DNA from: Amphiscolops sp. MND2022
Lineage: Eukaryota
Length of the DNA: 64,000 nucleotides
Assembly (NCBI GenBank): GCA_964187785.1
Contig: OZ076409.1
Span: forward strand, 97,404,001-97,468,000
Direction: 5' to 3'
In this document: positions 50,301-64,000 of the stretch, in pieces
Position numbering within the stretch: the first letter of the stretch is position 1
Layout: each line of letters opens with the position of its first letter
The notes under the pieces: model-generated
Told to the model about the DNA's origin: nothing
Database searches by the model: none
Seen by the model: the letters and a program-made list of their open reading frames with translations, nothing else
Program-made: the position numbers and the translations under genes

Positions 50301-53300
50301 GAAAACCCTACGGAGTCCTTTATGCTCACAAAACGTTTCGTTTCTAGTAAAAATTGCGGATGGGCTTCGATGAAAACAAATTAGAAAGGGGCATTGAAAA
50401 AACGCCGGTCTTTGAAAAGAAAAACAAAATTAGGATATAGTGTGCTGGGCCTTAGAAAATCTTTTTTAAGACGAAAAATAATCTTTTGAAAAAGTTCACA
50501 ATGCCGACAACGGTAAAAGGGTGGACCCTTTGGAATTTTTAACATCCATTCTGTTGCAAAATATCAAAAAGATTGAAGGGAGCGTTTGAGACCGTTCAAT
50601 AAAAGTCTCACAAAGCCAAAATGGGGGGGGGGATTGGTGAATCTCATAGTGCCGAAAAAGTGGAACGGGGGACCCTTCTGCTTTGAAATGCTTATAACAA
50701 AATAACCGCATACGCACTGTTTCGAACACGAAACCCCTGGTTTGAAAAGCAAGCATCTTACCACTAGACCACGAACGCCTGAACTGTGCGACTTGCCGGC
50801 TGAAACGAGAGTGGAAAAAGCACCCACACTTTCCCATATCCCATAACACTTGCTTACCGCAAATGTAATAACACTAAGGGGGATTGAAAACGGGCAGGCT
50901 CTAATAGCAGTGAAGGCTGCATAGAGAGATTCAATCAAAATTAAGTAGATCGCGCGTTTGAATTTCTCAAGAATTAATCGTTCGATTATTACGTTGGATA
51001 TTATCCTTGACACATGATTAACGACTCGGTTTTCGTTAGGGTGTTGACTGGCCGTGAAAATAGTTGGTGAATTTCGTCCAAATCCAAAAAGGTAATTTGG
51101 CAATTGTGCATTGTGGCATTCGATTACGATGAATCAAATGTCAAATTGACAAACACGTGTAAACTGGAAAACATCAGAAACAAGCTTCGATGTCTTTTGC
51201 GAATAATGTTGGCAAAAAGAATCCGATTTTCACCACACTTACCGTGACGGAAGCTTTGGTTACAGCAATAATTCCATTGGAAAAAATACAAAATGATAAA
51301 TTCCAGCCTTTTCTGAAATCTTATACCTTATTACGTTCTGCTGATATCAACTAGGGACTTTCTCTTTTTTTTTCTCAACTAGGGGCAATGGATAACCCCG
51401 AAAAGGCGCTCACTCACTATTGAACATTTGAAGTATCGTGTGATTATTCATTGCAGTAATTTTGACACATTCGAGAAAAATTGTTCGATAAGCTAGTGTC
51501 TTCAACGCACTTTTTGCGCACTTTCGGTGTTTTCTACAGTAATGTTTTTGCGCACTTTTCGCTCGCTTTTTACACCCAAAAATCCGACCACTGGGACAAG
51601 CCAGGAAGCAATAAGGAGAGTGTAGTATGTGGGGTCTGGGTTACATGACATTTCGTCCTATACACTTTCAACCGTTGCCATTTCAACCGCTCACAATTTC
51701 AACCTATTGCATTTTCAACCGTCCGCAATTTCAACCTAAAGTAATTTTGGCTATTTAGTCCTGATTCTGTTGAGTTATTATTTCAGTACAATAGTTAGTA
51801 ATTCATCACACAGCCCTAATTATTGGTAATTATTCATGAAGAAGCCCAAACGTATCAAACTGGCGTAAAAATACCTCATCTGCATTTAGAAAAGTATGAA
51901 AGTTGAAACCACCAAAATAATTATGTAACTAATTAGGATCCATTAGCCAAAATTGGTTTGGGTCGAAATTGCGGAAGGTTGAAAATGCAATAGGTTGAAA
52001 TTGTGGGCGGTTGAAATGACAACGGTTGAAATTACCTAGGTTGAAATTGCATAGGACGAAATGTCACGAAACCAACCAGAAAAAACAGAAAATTTTTAAT
52101 TTAAATGAAATTTAACTAATTGAAACCCAATTTAATTAGGATTAATTTAATTGAATGTCATTAATTAACGCATTTTTGGTAATCAGTAGAAAATTTCAAA
52201 AAAAATCAATTTAAAAAGGCAATCAATTTGGACATAGAATGAGTCTTACAACTCTTCTTGTCTTTGACCATTTGTGGGGAGGGAAATAATAAGGAGAGTA
52301 TAGTATGTGGGGGGGATTGGGGAGGTGTTGTGTGCTGGCTGACCTTGACTAGTTCGAAGAAGTCGAGTAGGAACTCGGGTGGGTAGAAGATGAGGAAGCA
52401 GTTGAGCACCTGCAGCCCAATGATAGCCAGGGTGAACCAGCGGTTGGTGTAGAAGGGCTGCCGGTAGGGCGCCGCCTTGGAGAAGACCAGGGCACTGTAC
52501 ACGTACTGGAAGTTGGAGACGAGGAACACTATCGTGTTTTCGTACCCCGTCACCATTATGTCTGAGTCGCCACCCGATTTCTTCCCGTTGTTCACGTGTT
52601 TCTCGTACCTCAATCAATCAATGCAAATTATGGCTCTTTTCTGTTTTCCCCCCACCACAAAATTTTTTGGAAAATTAGTGAAAATATTTTAACAAAAAGA
52701 CTTGGATACAGACCAGGGACCTTCAATTTTAAATGTATTTCCAGAGTGACAATTTGTTGGAATTGAGATATAAACTTTGTTCACACTGTTTTTGCCTATG
52801 AAGTCACGCATTCTTGTCGAAGAAATAAACAACTTCCTGTTTTGAGTGAAAAAAAAACAGTGAATAAGAAAGTAATTATAGTCAAAATGTGTGAAAAATG
52901 TTTTGTTCAAAGAAAAAACTCTTCTAATAGACGTTAACTTCCGGTTATGAAAGAAGGTTTTACATTTAATCAGGCTAGTCTGAAATTTTTGAGGAGAGCC
53001 GAAAACCGAATTTCATAATTTTATGATGAAGTTTATCATGAACAAGACGCCCGCGTTCTTCACGTGTTTCTCGTACTTCAATAAGTCAATGCAAATAATA
53101 CATGAATGCCAAGGACAGTTCGAATCGTATGTAAAATCGTTTTGAGAAAATCGAAAAAGTCCAAAATTGGCCGTTTTTGGTTATTTTTGGACTACAGTCA
53201 ACTCCGGTTAATTCGTATCCGGATAATTCGTTTCTTCGTTTAATTCGTATGCATCCGAGACACCCATTTTGCGAAAACCAAAACAATATCATCTGGTTAA

Positions 53301-56300
53301 TTTGTATTTCCCATTATTCGTACTATTTTATTCGGTCCCTAGCGATACGAATTAAGCGGATTCAACTGTAATTTCGGCTGTTTCTCACATCCCAGTCATA
53401 CGAGTTCGATATCACTTCGCACGTCATTATGTCTTTGTCGCAGATTTTTAGATTCGAAAATATCGATACTTTCCTCATTTTTTTCACCATCTTTTCGAGG
53501 CCTTCTATTTCCCCGATAAATTTCGCAGATAGTTTGAGCTCTGTATATCTTGATCACATTGTTTGTCAAAAACCTAATATTCAACAATATTCAACAGTAC
53601 CTTCCTTTTAGTAGGGCAAAAGGACCCCAAATAGATTTTGGATGGCGTACAAATCTTGCCGAGTTGAAATTAATTGATGACAAAAAATTCCTTCGGAAAA
53701 GCTATTTCCGCAAAATGAGTACGGAAAATTTTCGGACGATGGCAAAGGCAATTACATAATTTCGATAATTTCGACATACAGTCATGTTGTCGAGAGAAAA
53801 ACGACAGTTTCCAGTGTTCAGACCGAGTGTGCACTTGACTTGTGTTGAAGATTGGTAGAATACGAATGTTAGGGTCAGTAGGTTAGGTCATTAGACTGGA
53901 AAACTAACCAGGGCATCTGGCGGATGTAGAAGAAAGCGGCCACTTGGGTGCCAGTCTGGACCAGTGTGCAGGATATGACAGAGAACACGACCGAGAAAGA
54001 CATGAGTCGATTCTCGGGTTTCTGGGGCACTGAAACGAAACAACACGTCGTCCATACAACAACTTACACACACATCTTCTCTGATGAAATGATTGCTCAA
54101 ATGAAAATCGTAAATTGAATTGAAGATATGACAATAACATTAGTCTAAAAATACATACATTAATGAAACGCGTTAAAATGGGAGACATCTGCCTGGATCC
54201 TGTCCGGAAACGGTATTCCCAAAAAAGTATTCGTTCGATTGGGGTGTTACTGAGGAATTACCCCTTCCTCGAGGGTTCGAGAACTGACTCAGAAAGTTTT
54301 TTTCGGTATTTTCTGCTTGTCTGATTCGTAATGAGATCTCTTCAAGAAAGTTTACCTTCCCAGACAGATGCCTCAACTACTTTTTTTTAAAAAAGTCGGT
54401 GCATTAGTTGTTTTAAGACTTCCCCCCTCAATGATGGCACCAATGGCGGAATCAACTAATTGGTTATGACCTATTGCTCAAATTAGGTTTTGCAAGAAAA
54501 AAGAATGTCGTTTTTCATCTTTTGTGGGTCTGACAGTAACTTTCAATTTCTGGAAATGAATTTTAAAACAACGCAAAACCACACTAAGGAACATTTGAAT
54601 TTTCGAATGTCTAACATTTCATTGGTTGTCTCTCATTTGAAGCGCTAACCAAATGGATCAAGAAGTGGCTAAATGGATGATAACCCTGAATAATTCATCC
54701 GAAAATCTGGTGCTTAAACTTCAAACCGCAATATCTATTAAACTATTCAAGCCCGACAAACGATTCATAGCGGTTCGAAAGAAGACAATCAGGGCTTTCC
54801 ATTTGATTTTTGAACAGCTGGGCTTGAAGCCCGCTAGAGTTGGCCCCTTGCGCGCGAGGTTTTTGCGCGAAGTCCTCCGCTGGCGAGCGGCTTCGCCGAA
54901 CTGGCTCCGGACTTTGCGCCAAAACTTTGCACGCCTTGCGTCTCTGATTGCATTTCAGTATGTTTCAAAACATGTTATGGTCACTTTGGCCCAATCTTGA
55001 TACCAGTGGGATAACGTGGCCATGAACGAAAACTGAAAAAAAAACGGAAAACCTGCGCTGATTGTTTTGATTTTTTGGTCCCATTTCCTTCGCCCTAATT
55101 GACCTGGGTGTTTTTGCAAATTTTCAAAAAAATTGAATGAAAGTTTTTTTAAAAAATTAATCTTCACAACTACGCGAACCAGAGAAACGAACTAAAGCGC
55201 GTCCGAAAGGTCTGGTATTAGGCTTTCATTTTGCACAGGTGAGCCCCTGTCGCCGCGCGCCCTCTTCAGAATTTTAGTTTCTTTTTCCGAAACCGCCGCC
55301 TCGCGGCCGTTCCGCACTTCGTGCAGCCCGCTGCGCGGGGGCTTGTAGTAACAACAGGATATTATTGGGGTTTGTTGCACAAGGACTTGTCGTGAAAGGG
55401 TAAGGGGTTGCTTTTTATATTGGTCAAAGACTTTTGAGAAAACCGGATTTCGCCAAAAACTGAATTTTGTAAAAGTATAACCTTTTTCTGTGCAAAAGAA
55501 AACATGTTTCCCTGATTTGGAGACACATTCACTTTTTCTAATGCTTGTGCCATTCAAATCAATCCAGGTACCAATGAACAGTTGAAACAAAAATGTGGTA
55601 GAGAATATCGGCTGTTGGCAGAAGGAAACAAAAATTGAAAAAAAAAACGGTAGGCTGCTTTAAAGTACCACAAGGTTAATTAGGGTTAATTTTGGCGACA
55701 ACATGTCAATATTCCGTGAAAAGGCATGCAATGCTATGTAATACCGTCTGAAAATCTTATTCAAGAGTTTTCTTCACCATGCGGTCAGCTAGTGCGTTTA
55801 GAAGTTTGCAGAAACTAACTGGTACTAACTAAATCGTACCATGGTCCATCATCTAGGGTTAAAATGCATTCCTCGCAAGATCTTTGCAAAGATTGCATTT
55901 TGCCAACCAGGGAAGCGACGACGTATGTGAAAAGTGAGAGTGGGGGTATGCATAGTATGCAGAGGTGTGGGAATGAGGGAGAGAGGGAGAGAGGGAGAGG
56001 AGGAGGAAGACAACAGCTACCTAGTTTGGTGAGGGGTCCGGTGCGGCCCATGAGGAGGGCGAGGATGGTGATGAGGACCATGTCCTCGTACATCTGCTCC
56101 GTGTCGCCCAGCGTGTTGGTGATGAGGAACAGCATCTGCACCGAGCAGTACTGCACCGCGCTGTACATCATCATGAACTTGAACAGCGAGAATGACGTCA
56201 CCAGCGCACAACGCCCCTCCTGCAATCGAATCGAATTGAATTGAATTGAATTTCAAACCACTCTCATCAACAACACAACACTCATGTCCCGTACGGCGAC

Positions 56301-59300
56301 AACTCATATTAGAAAATCAAAATCTTCATAGGAAACTTTAATCAAAATAATTAATTAGATACATGTAATTAGAAAAAATTAGTTAATTGTAGAGTAATTA
56401 CTAGAAATAATGGAACAGTAACAAGATTTTTATGGTGAATTGTCGCGATTTTGTTCGCCTGTGTAAGAGTCTACTGAACCCTCTCTAGACATTCACTTCT
56501 GATTTTCGCATGTAAAACCGATCTTGGGTAGATTTTCCCCATGTTTTCTGGGAATTTGCTACTCCGGGCTCCGTTGTAGCCCACTGGACCTTTGGTCCAC
56601 CACAGTGAAATTACCTCTTCCCTGCATGCTGAGTGTATTTTGGATAGATGGAAGTACCTTTTCGGTTATAGCAGCAGTGATAGCATCCTGAATTTGGGAA
56701 TTCAAGCTAGATCTGATTTCATTAAGCTTCCTGGACATTTGATAAAAGATTTCGTCATTTATCAATCGGGTCGTTTCTATCGTCATTTTAATATTTTCCC
56801 TAAAATTAGTGTTAAGAAGGGATCTAAAATCTTCCCCAGCCATATTGGAATTTTGCTGTGGTCCACTAGCCTCTGCATCCATATTTAATTCATCTTCACT
56901 GTGGTCATTTCTATTTTCACCTCTTGAATAACTTCCTAACATAATATCTACATTTTCTACATCAGACATGATGTCCAACTGTCTAGAACGCCTTTCTTTT
57001 GCTTCCTAGTTGAAGGCATCGAAAAGAATCAATGTGTCAACAGTGAATTGGCTAACTGTCTCCATTAAATTAGTAATGCTATCGGAAACAGGTACAGCAG
57101 GTCTACAAATACAAATAAAAGCGTAATACAAATAATAATGAAAGCGTAATACAAAGTTTGAACGATCGCAGTACTTTGATATCAGGGTAGCGTCAAAAGT
57201 TGCGGTCCCTGAACTCCGGGTCCCGAGTATTTATACTTTTCCTTGCATGACAGGCAAAATTCTAGTGGTCATGTTACTACAAGTAGTAACTAGGGTAAAT
57301 GACATCAACATTACGTCACTATTATATATATAACGTACGGCTCGTACATTTAACTATAGCATAACAGCATTTGAACGCGTTTTCTCTTCTGCAAAGCAAG
57401 TTATCACTTTAGTTATCAATTTAACTTTTACGTTTACCATAATAATAAACCAGTTCATTATCTAACAGCATCATTTCAAACATAAAAATCAGGCACAAAA
57501 TTGGATATTATCCGATTAAATGTAGTTTCACGAGTAAGAACAGTAATTTTATTGTGGCCGTACGGACTATAAGTACGCACGGTTAAAATACAAAATGGCA
57601 ACAATTAATAGCTAAATTATATGTGGCTGTATGTACTACCAGTCTCTACGGTTTAAATAGGGAGAACTCAAGGAGGAGGGTTGGTCTCAGCCTGTTCATA
57701 GGGAATTTGATTTAAAAAATCCCGTCACAGGCGGCAGCCTGCGACATAAATATCAGTGCCTTGTATATAATCACTCACTAATCACACCTTCATCCAAAAG
57801 GGCTATAGAGAAAGTAATCTTGAGTATGGCGCAAAAAATGGAAAATAATTGAAGTTAAATATAAGTTGATACAATTAGATATTATCACAATTTAGGTATT
57901 TTTAACCTATAGACAAACCTGATATGAGTTGCAACTCATATCAGGTTTGTCTATAGGTTAAAAATACCTAAATTGTGATAATTGTGACATTTTTTCCTAA
58001 TTGATAGGACGTATCGCTTGATGAGTTGTCGCTTTCTCAATTTGATGAGTTGTCGCTTGATATGAGTTGTCGCTATGCCCTCATGTCCTAATTAGGACCA
58101 GTCATGGGCCATTCATAGCTGTGCCCATCAGACAGAGCCGGACAATTTTCATTCCGGAACTTTCAACAATTTTAACCTTAACTTGGCCAATGTGCCAAAT
58201 TTGGCACATTTTGTTTCTGCAAATTCTTAACGCACCAGCTGATTGTATGGTAAAGCAAACCCTTTAATAAGAGTTTCAGACAATATTGCATAGCATTCGG
58301 CGCCTTTTCACGGAAAATTGACGTGATGTCTCCAAAACCCAGAAAATGACGCGAAAAAATCAAAAGAAAAATAAGTGCAGATTTTCCGTTTTCCCAGTTT
58401 TCGTTTGTGCCCCTTTTATCCCACTGGTATCAACACTGGGTCAAAGCGTCCCCAGCATGTTTTGAAACATGCTGAAAAGCAAGCAGAGACACGACGCGTG
58501 CAAAGTTTTGGCGCAAAGTTCGGAGCCAGTGCGGCGAAGCCGCACGCCAGCGGAGAACTTCGCGCAAAAAACTTTGCGCGCAAGGGGCCCGCGCTAGCGG
58601 GCCCCAAGCCCAGCAGTTTAAAAATTGATTTGAAAGCCCCAATGCTCCTCTTTCGAACGCTGTATAAATCGTTTGTCGGACTTGTATAGTTCAGGAGATA
58701 TTGCGGTTTAAAGTTGAAGCACCTGATTTTTGGATGCAACAAGATTTTTCCTGGCCAACTTAAGGTTAAACAGCAAGCATGACCATAACCTTTGAAAACC
58801 TAATTTTTTCGAGAATTTCCAAAATGTGTAGGTAGGGCCATTTCGGGTTAAAGGGAACCATACTCAACCCTCCAGAACCCACGCTATGTCACTTCGAGGT
58901 ATAAAATCAACTTATAATGGACGAAATTATGGGTGTTACATCTAGCTCAAGGAAAAATAGGCGTCATCATCTGTACACAAACTCATTGTTTTCATGCTTC
59001 AGCAGAACTGAACTGAGAAATTTTAAAGCTCATCAGAGTAAATTCTTCCTTTCAGAGCAGAGTTTTGACACTGCTAATTAGAGATATAGCAATTTAAATC
59101 GGCGGTATCTAATAGAGTGTTCAAATTCAAAATTTCCTCACAGTTCACACGGAGTTTCAAAATGATTTCAAACAAGCCGGGACCGGCCCAAGTCGGCGCC
59201 ATATCCAAGGCTCAAAAATAGCAAAAAGACTCCCAAGTGTCAAGTACTCTTTTACAGTACTCGAAAATCGAAATTTTTTGAAAAAAAAACTTTCGAAAAA

Positions 59301-62300
59301 ATTACATACTCAAAAAAATGGACCGAGTGGCGCGCTAAAGTCTCACAATGCCGAAAAACTGAAAGGGTGGACCCTTTGAGGTTTTTCAACATCCATTCTG
59401 TCGCAAAACATGAAAAAATTGAAGAAAACAAAAATTTTCATTTTCGGGAAAAAATCTCACAATGCCGAAAAAAACTGAAAGGGGGGACCCTTTGGGATTT
59501 TTCAACATCCATTCTGTCGCAAAACATCAGAACAAATGCAGGGGGAACCTTGGGGACAAATTTTTTTTCGAAAAAAAGTCTCGCAGTGCCGAAAAAAATG
59601 AAAGGGGGGAGTCTTTGGTCTCGCGCGGTATGGTATGTTACGCGGAAAAACAGGAAAAACCTATTTGGTTCAGTTCGCTAGACCAAATAGTGCATTTTGA
59701 TGCAATAATATTTTGTAGAACTTTTGTAGAACTATTTTGGTCAGTTCGTGTGGATAGAAAAAAAGTCACTATAATAGTCGCGTTTCACTTCATGAAGCGC
59801 CGACTAAAAAATCCAACTTTTACCCTAGTAAAACCCACACAGTATAAAAATTCCAGTCTGCTTTTCTTGCAAAACTACCTTAGGTTATAATTCAATTTTG
59901 AAAGAAACTTAAATCGAAATATTTAATAGTTTGAAGTTATATATATTTTTTAGGTAAATGATTGCAATTCCCTTTATAAGAACAGCTAATACATAGATTT
60001 CATACTTAAATACTTCAAATTTGTCAGTTTCTGGCATTTGGTTTTGCTAAAAATAATTGCAATTAATTGCATTCGAATCAATCAATTTTTTAATTGCCTA
60101 AATTTATACGATTAAATTTTAAACCAATTTGATTGCAATTAATTGGAAATCAATCATTTTTTGAAAGCCCCTTCTGGAGAGGCAACTCACCCCCATCCGA
60201 GTTGCCTCTCCAGAGTCGAATTCCCTAGAATCCAAAATTCTTTTAACTGAAATTTCCAGGGTCGAATTATTGGCACCGCGACAATTCATACAAACGACAT
60301 TTCGTACAATAGCCAAAAACCCGACATTTCGTACACGGACAATTGGTACAAAAATGAAACCGGACATTTCGTACAAAATTAAATTGAACAGATTTGCAAA
60401 ATAGGTCTCAAACAACAGAATTACTAGCTTTCAGTGCTGTTACAGCCAATATGTATGGAACTTGATTCAATTAAAGAGGGGAGCATATATGTTGTATGGC
60501 TCGGTCGCTTCGCTCCCTTCGCCAAGTAGCAACATTGAGGCATGGCCAAATGGCACGTCGCTCCGCTTCGTTTCGCTCCTGCATTTAGGGCACTAGGGGT
60601 ATGTAAACATAGCTGACTACGTTATAATAATAAGTTGTACACAGAGGCGAAGCGGTGCTTCGCAACACATGACGAAGACATCGATTATTTTAAAGATAGT
60701 TCTACGTTGGCTAGACGAATGCCGAAAAATCGTATATGTTCAATCGCATGCGTATATATTCAACAGTTCAACTTTGTTCAATAACGTCCCTATGGCACAG
60801 TGGTCAACACTTATGCCGTGCAATCGGGAGGCTGCAGGTTCGAATCTCTCTGGGGTTTTGGCTTTTTTCTAAAAGGCGCTCATTATGAAGTTGACTATAG
60901 TGGAAAAAAACTTACTTAGCTGGACTGCAATGCACATTGATTTCGTCATGTGCAATAATATAAATTGCACGAAATGTCGGGTTTCATTTTTGTACGAAAT
61001 GTCAGGTTTCGCTTTTGTACGAAATGTCTGGTTTTGGTTTTTGTACGAAATGTCGTGTGTACGAATTGTCGTGCCCCCGAATTATTTAGGATAGAATTTT
61101 ACAGGGCACTATAACAATGGTGAACTATATGAATGAAATTCTCACTTCTTTCCATCCTAGATGAAATCAAAACACAATTCGATGCTAGATAATTTTGTGC
61201 ATTCAGGGGGGGGGGTGGTGAGTGGGTACCTGAATGACGGAGTGGACGCAGGAGATGTTCTCCACCTTGGAGGTGAAGGGGGAGGCGACGGAGGCGTCTG
61301 CTTGGGAGAGAGCCACCCCCACATGGGCCGCCTTCAGAGCAGAGCAGTCGTTGCTGCCGTCGCCACACATGCCCACCACACTGCCTCGTTCCTGCACACT
61401 CTTCACGACCTACAACACAACAACCAGAGATGAGTGACGGAAGGATAAAAATGAAAATGTTCAGTTATTCTAAGCAGGTACAAATCGAACCAGAGCCGCA
61501 TGTGTCGTAAAGGAGTCGGCAGCGGATTGAAACATTGAAAAACAAATTATAATTGAATCGACAGTCATTATGGAGTTTTTGAGAAAATCGAAAAGAAAAG
61601 TCCAAAAATGGCAGTTTTTTGGTCATTTTCGGGCTAATTTTGGCTATGTTTTTCACATCCCATTCACACAATTTTGATGCCATTGCACACGCAGGAGCAC
61701 CTTTGGGTGTAGAAAGACTGTGCAAAACTTGATAGAAATTGTATGAACAGTTTTGAAATTTTCTTTGAAAGGTCTGGAGAAAAAAAACACGATTGCATAA
61801 GTATTCGAAAATTTCCAACTCCTAAACACCAAATTGGCAGGGTGGGGATACTGTGAAAAAACCCCCACAACCATCATCAACTACAATTTCGTAAAGATTT
61901 TTTGAATAGATAATCCCTCGAATTTTTCATTTTTCATTGTTCTAGGTTCCAGGACATTACACTCAAAGCCGACATTTCGCCCAATAATTTGAAATATTTG
62001 TTGCATGACTCTGCCTTGTTTGTTACAATTTACATGACTTTCCAGGTCGGCCTTCGTCAAAACCAGCCACTATACCGGTATTGGCACGTCGTTCCGTTCC
62101 GCTTCGCTCCTGCTTTCAGAGCAAAAGAGGTATGTGGCCGTGGCGGCACCACGACAATTCGTACAAACGACATTTTGTAGAATAGCCAAAAACCCGACAT
62201 TTCGCACACGGACAATTGGTACAAAAATGAAACCGGGCATTTCGTACAAAAGACATTTCGTACAAAATTAAATTGAACAGATTTGCAAAATAGGTCTCAA

Positions 62301-63072
62301 ACGACAGAATTACTAGCTTTCAGTGCTGTTACAGCCAATATGTATGGAACTTGATTCAATTAAAGAGGTTAGCATATATGTTGTATGGCTCGGTCGCTTC
62401 GCTCCCTTCGCCAAGTAGCAACATTGAGGCATGGCCATATGGCACGTCGCTCCGCTTCGCTTCGCTCCTGCATTTAGGGTACCAGGGGTATGTGAACATA
62501 GCTGACTACGTTATAATAGTAAGTTGTATAATATAAATTGCACGAAATGTCGGGTTTCATTCTTGTACGAAATGTCAGGTTTCGCTTTTGTACGAAATGT
62601 CTGGTTTTGGTTTTTGTACGAAATGTCTGGTTTTGGTTTTTGTACGAGATGTCGTGTGTACGAAATGTCGTGTGTACAAATTGTCGTGCCTCGGTCAATT
62701 GTCGTGCCCCAGATCACGATTGCCTTCAGTTTGTTTCATAACTTTAGTGCGTCATTGGGCGTAATGTAGACTTCTCGAGTAATGTCCCGACACCCATTTT
62801 TCATCCCATTTGAAACGTTGGGACATAAATTTTTTAAAAAACGTTTTTGAAAAAGTGAAAAGTGAGAAACCTGTGTTTTTTGGTCAGGTTTCATTCTGGC
62901 ATAAACGAAGCACTTGTCGGCGAAGTATTTGAGCAGCTCGGGGGAATATGCCTCCCTCAAGCGGGTGTAGTTGGGCCCTGTGATTGCAAACACCACACCC
63001 CCACTTTCGTCCAGCTTCCGATACTCCCCTTCACTCACACTCGTGTTGGTCGTGACGTCACGGAATTGCAGT
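47378..63072 (-). CDS. ATP13A3: P5B-type ATPase (ATP13A2/ATP13A3 family, polyamine-transporting), C-terminal six exons; 5' part outside the window
   Basis: Exons 62871-63072, 61230-61409, 56021-56219, 53909-54029, 52344-52608 and 47378-47605 join in frame. Motifs [76 protein letters not shown]. The symbol marks the family; the paralogue is not resolved. Confidence 0.9.
48768..49928. mobile_element. Tc1/pogo-like MITE with nested MITE (~48836-49401) and nested 150-bp repeat
   Basis: TA-CAGTGCACCTCGGA..TCCGAGTTGCACTG-TA. The inner element is flanked by duplicated gttgttac. Confidence 0.7.
51639..52073. mobile_element. Foldback MITE with TIRs of 15-bp tttcaacc units
   Basis: Left tgacatttcgtccta..(tttcaacc)n and right (ggttgaaa)n..taggacgaaatgtca. 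Confidence 0.75.
53194..53368. mobile_element. Tc1/pogo-like MITE
   Basis: TA-CAGTCAACTCCG.TTAATTCGT..ACGAATTAAGCGGATTCAACTG-TA. Confidence 0.6.
56441..57746 (-). mobile_element. Solo LTR (1306 bp) of the sister family, intronic in the ATPase gene, containing a gag 5' end
   Basis: TGTCGC..GCGACA ends, TSD tgaat/taaat (4 of 5), same terminal hairpin. ATG at 57019 gives MPSTRKQK, then [15 protein letters not shown] (ORF 56559-56978). Confidence 0.85.
57881..57982. repeat. Perfect 102-bp spacerless palindrome
   Basis: The 51-nt arms are exact reverse complements, centred on gagttg|caactc. Confidence 0.95.
59171..59810 (-). mobile_element. Helentron/DINE-1-like element, second subfamily
   Basis: Sense-strand 3' end GCGCCGACTTGG-GCCGG-TC-CCGGC-TTGTT and 5' end TTTTTAGTCGGCGC. 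Internal tandem units. Confidence 0.7.
60272..61077. mobile_element. Mutator-like MITE with 9-bp TSD (second copy ~62144-62710)
   Basis: TIRs of gacatttcgtaca units. CGAATTATT is duplicated at 60263-60271 and 61078-61086. Confidence 0.75.
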
Positions 63073-64000
63073 CTGCAACAATTTCGACAACATTTTCAAC
63101 ATTCACAAAAAAGCTGGACCTATATCTCTTCCCCCATGTCGACATTCTGTGAACCTTTGACCATTTTAAACAGTCAATTCTGCTCAAAATTCTCCGTAGC
63201 CACTAATTCGCTTATTAGCGGTATCCAGACTCTGCTCTATATGCTGATTCTACAATTAATACACCGTTTGCGCGTTCAGTGGAGCATATCAGATGTTAAG
63301 TGAACCGTTTCGGATATCGTTATAAAATTTGAGCCTATCACAGGCCTCCAAATTCAAAGCGCTTTACATTCACAAGCTATGTGAACCATATTGGCTGTCA
63401 AGTGAAGCAAAGTATTGCTGACAATACATTGTTGTTTGTAAAAGAACATGCGGTCTAAAGTAACAAAAGCGGGCAAAGAAAGACTTCTCAGGTAAAGCGT
63501 TCATTCAAGCTACCATTTCGTTCACTTTAATTGAGATTTGCTTTAGCAAGCTAATCAATTTCTATTGGTTGTTCATTTCATTCAACATCTGATATGCTTC
63601 ACTGAACGCGGAAACGGTGCATTGTCACATCCAAACATGCAGTTTTGAAGCGGCGCTATGATTAAGACACGATTCAATTTTATTGCTCGGTTCACTTAAT
63701 GTGTAAATTTGTGACAATCAACAGACAGACAGGTCATTACTGGTAACGCGGCGGTTGTTTTGTGTGCGAATCAAAGGTGTCCGGCGGCGGCGAATCAGGT
63801 GGGGCAACCAGAGACCCATTCATTTCTGGCAGAGGTTCTACGTCCACTGATAACAGTGTTGTCTCTGGAGACACGATTCCACAAGTACTGGCTACTGACA
63901 CCGCTGTTTCCAGATTGTCACCTGCAATTACAATTTGACATTACTACATTGCGGCAACAGTGCAGGAGGAAAGGCTGTCGTGAACTATGACAATCCCAAG

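Noticed and set aside
63760..63990. Further ATPase exon or other coding segment
   Set aside because: No recognisable P-type ATPase or other motif on either strand.

Overview
AT-rich, repeat-dense animal (invertebrate-type) genomic DNA; the species cannot be identified from sequence alone. Three spliced host genes are present: the 3' part of a CUB-like, probably GPI-anchored protein (+, 1825-10145), a small four-TM protein (+, 33826-46955), and the 3' half of a P5B/ATP13A-type ATPase (-, 47378-63072). The dominant feature is a 16.3-kb Ty3/Gypsy LTR retrotransposon (-, 14972-31299; 1.89-kb LTRs; 5-bp TSD ATAAC) with a complex-retrovirus-like layout. Its gag starts inside the LTR and reads through the PBS, and a -1 slippery site joins gag to pol. 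After integrase it carries an antisense, intron-containing gene derived from an apparently catalytically dead hAT transposase. A divergently oriented 261-aa accessory ORF runs into U3. There is no polypurine tract; the LTR begins instead with a conserved hairpin. Two solo LTRs of a diverged sister family (12685-14188, 56441-57746) keep the hairpin, the accessory-ORF C-terminus and the Gag N-terminus, so the layout appears lineage-wide. Also present: a decayed Mag-like Gypsy, hAT remnants, LINE fragments, Helentron/DINE-1-like elements, many MITEs and a perfect 102-bp palindrome. All family calls come from motif recognition by eye; no database searches were run.
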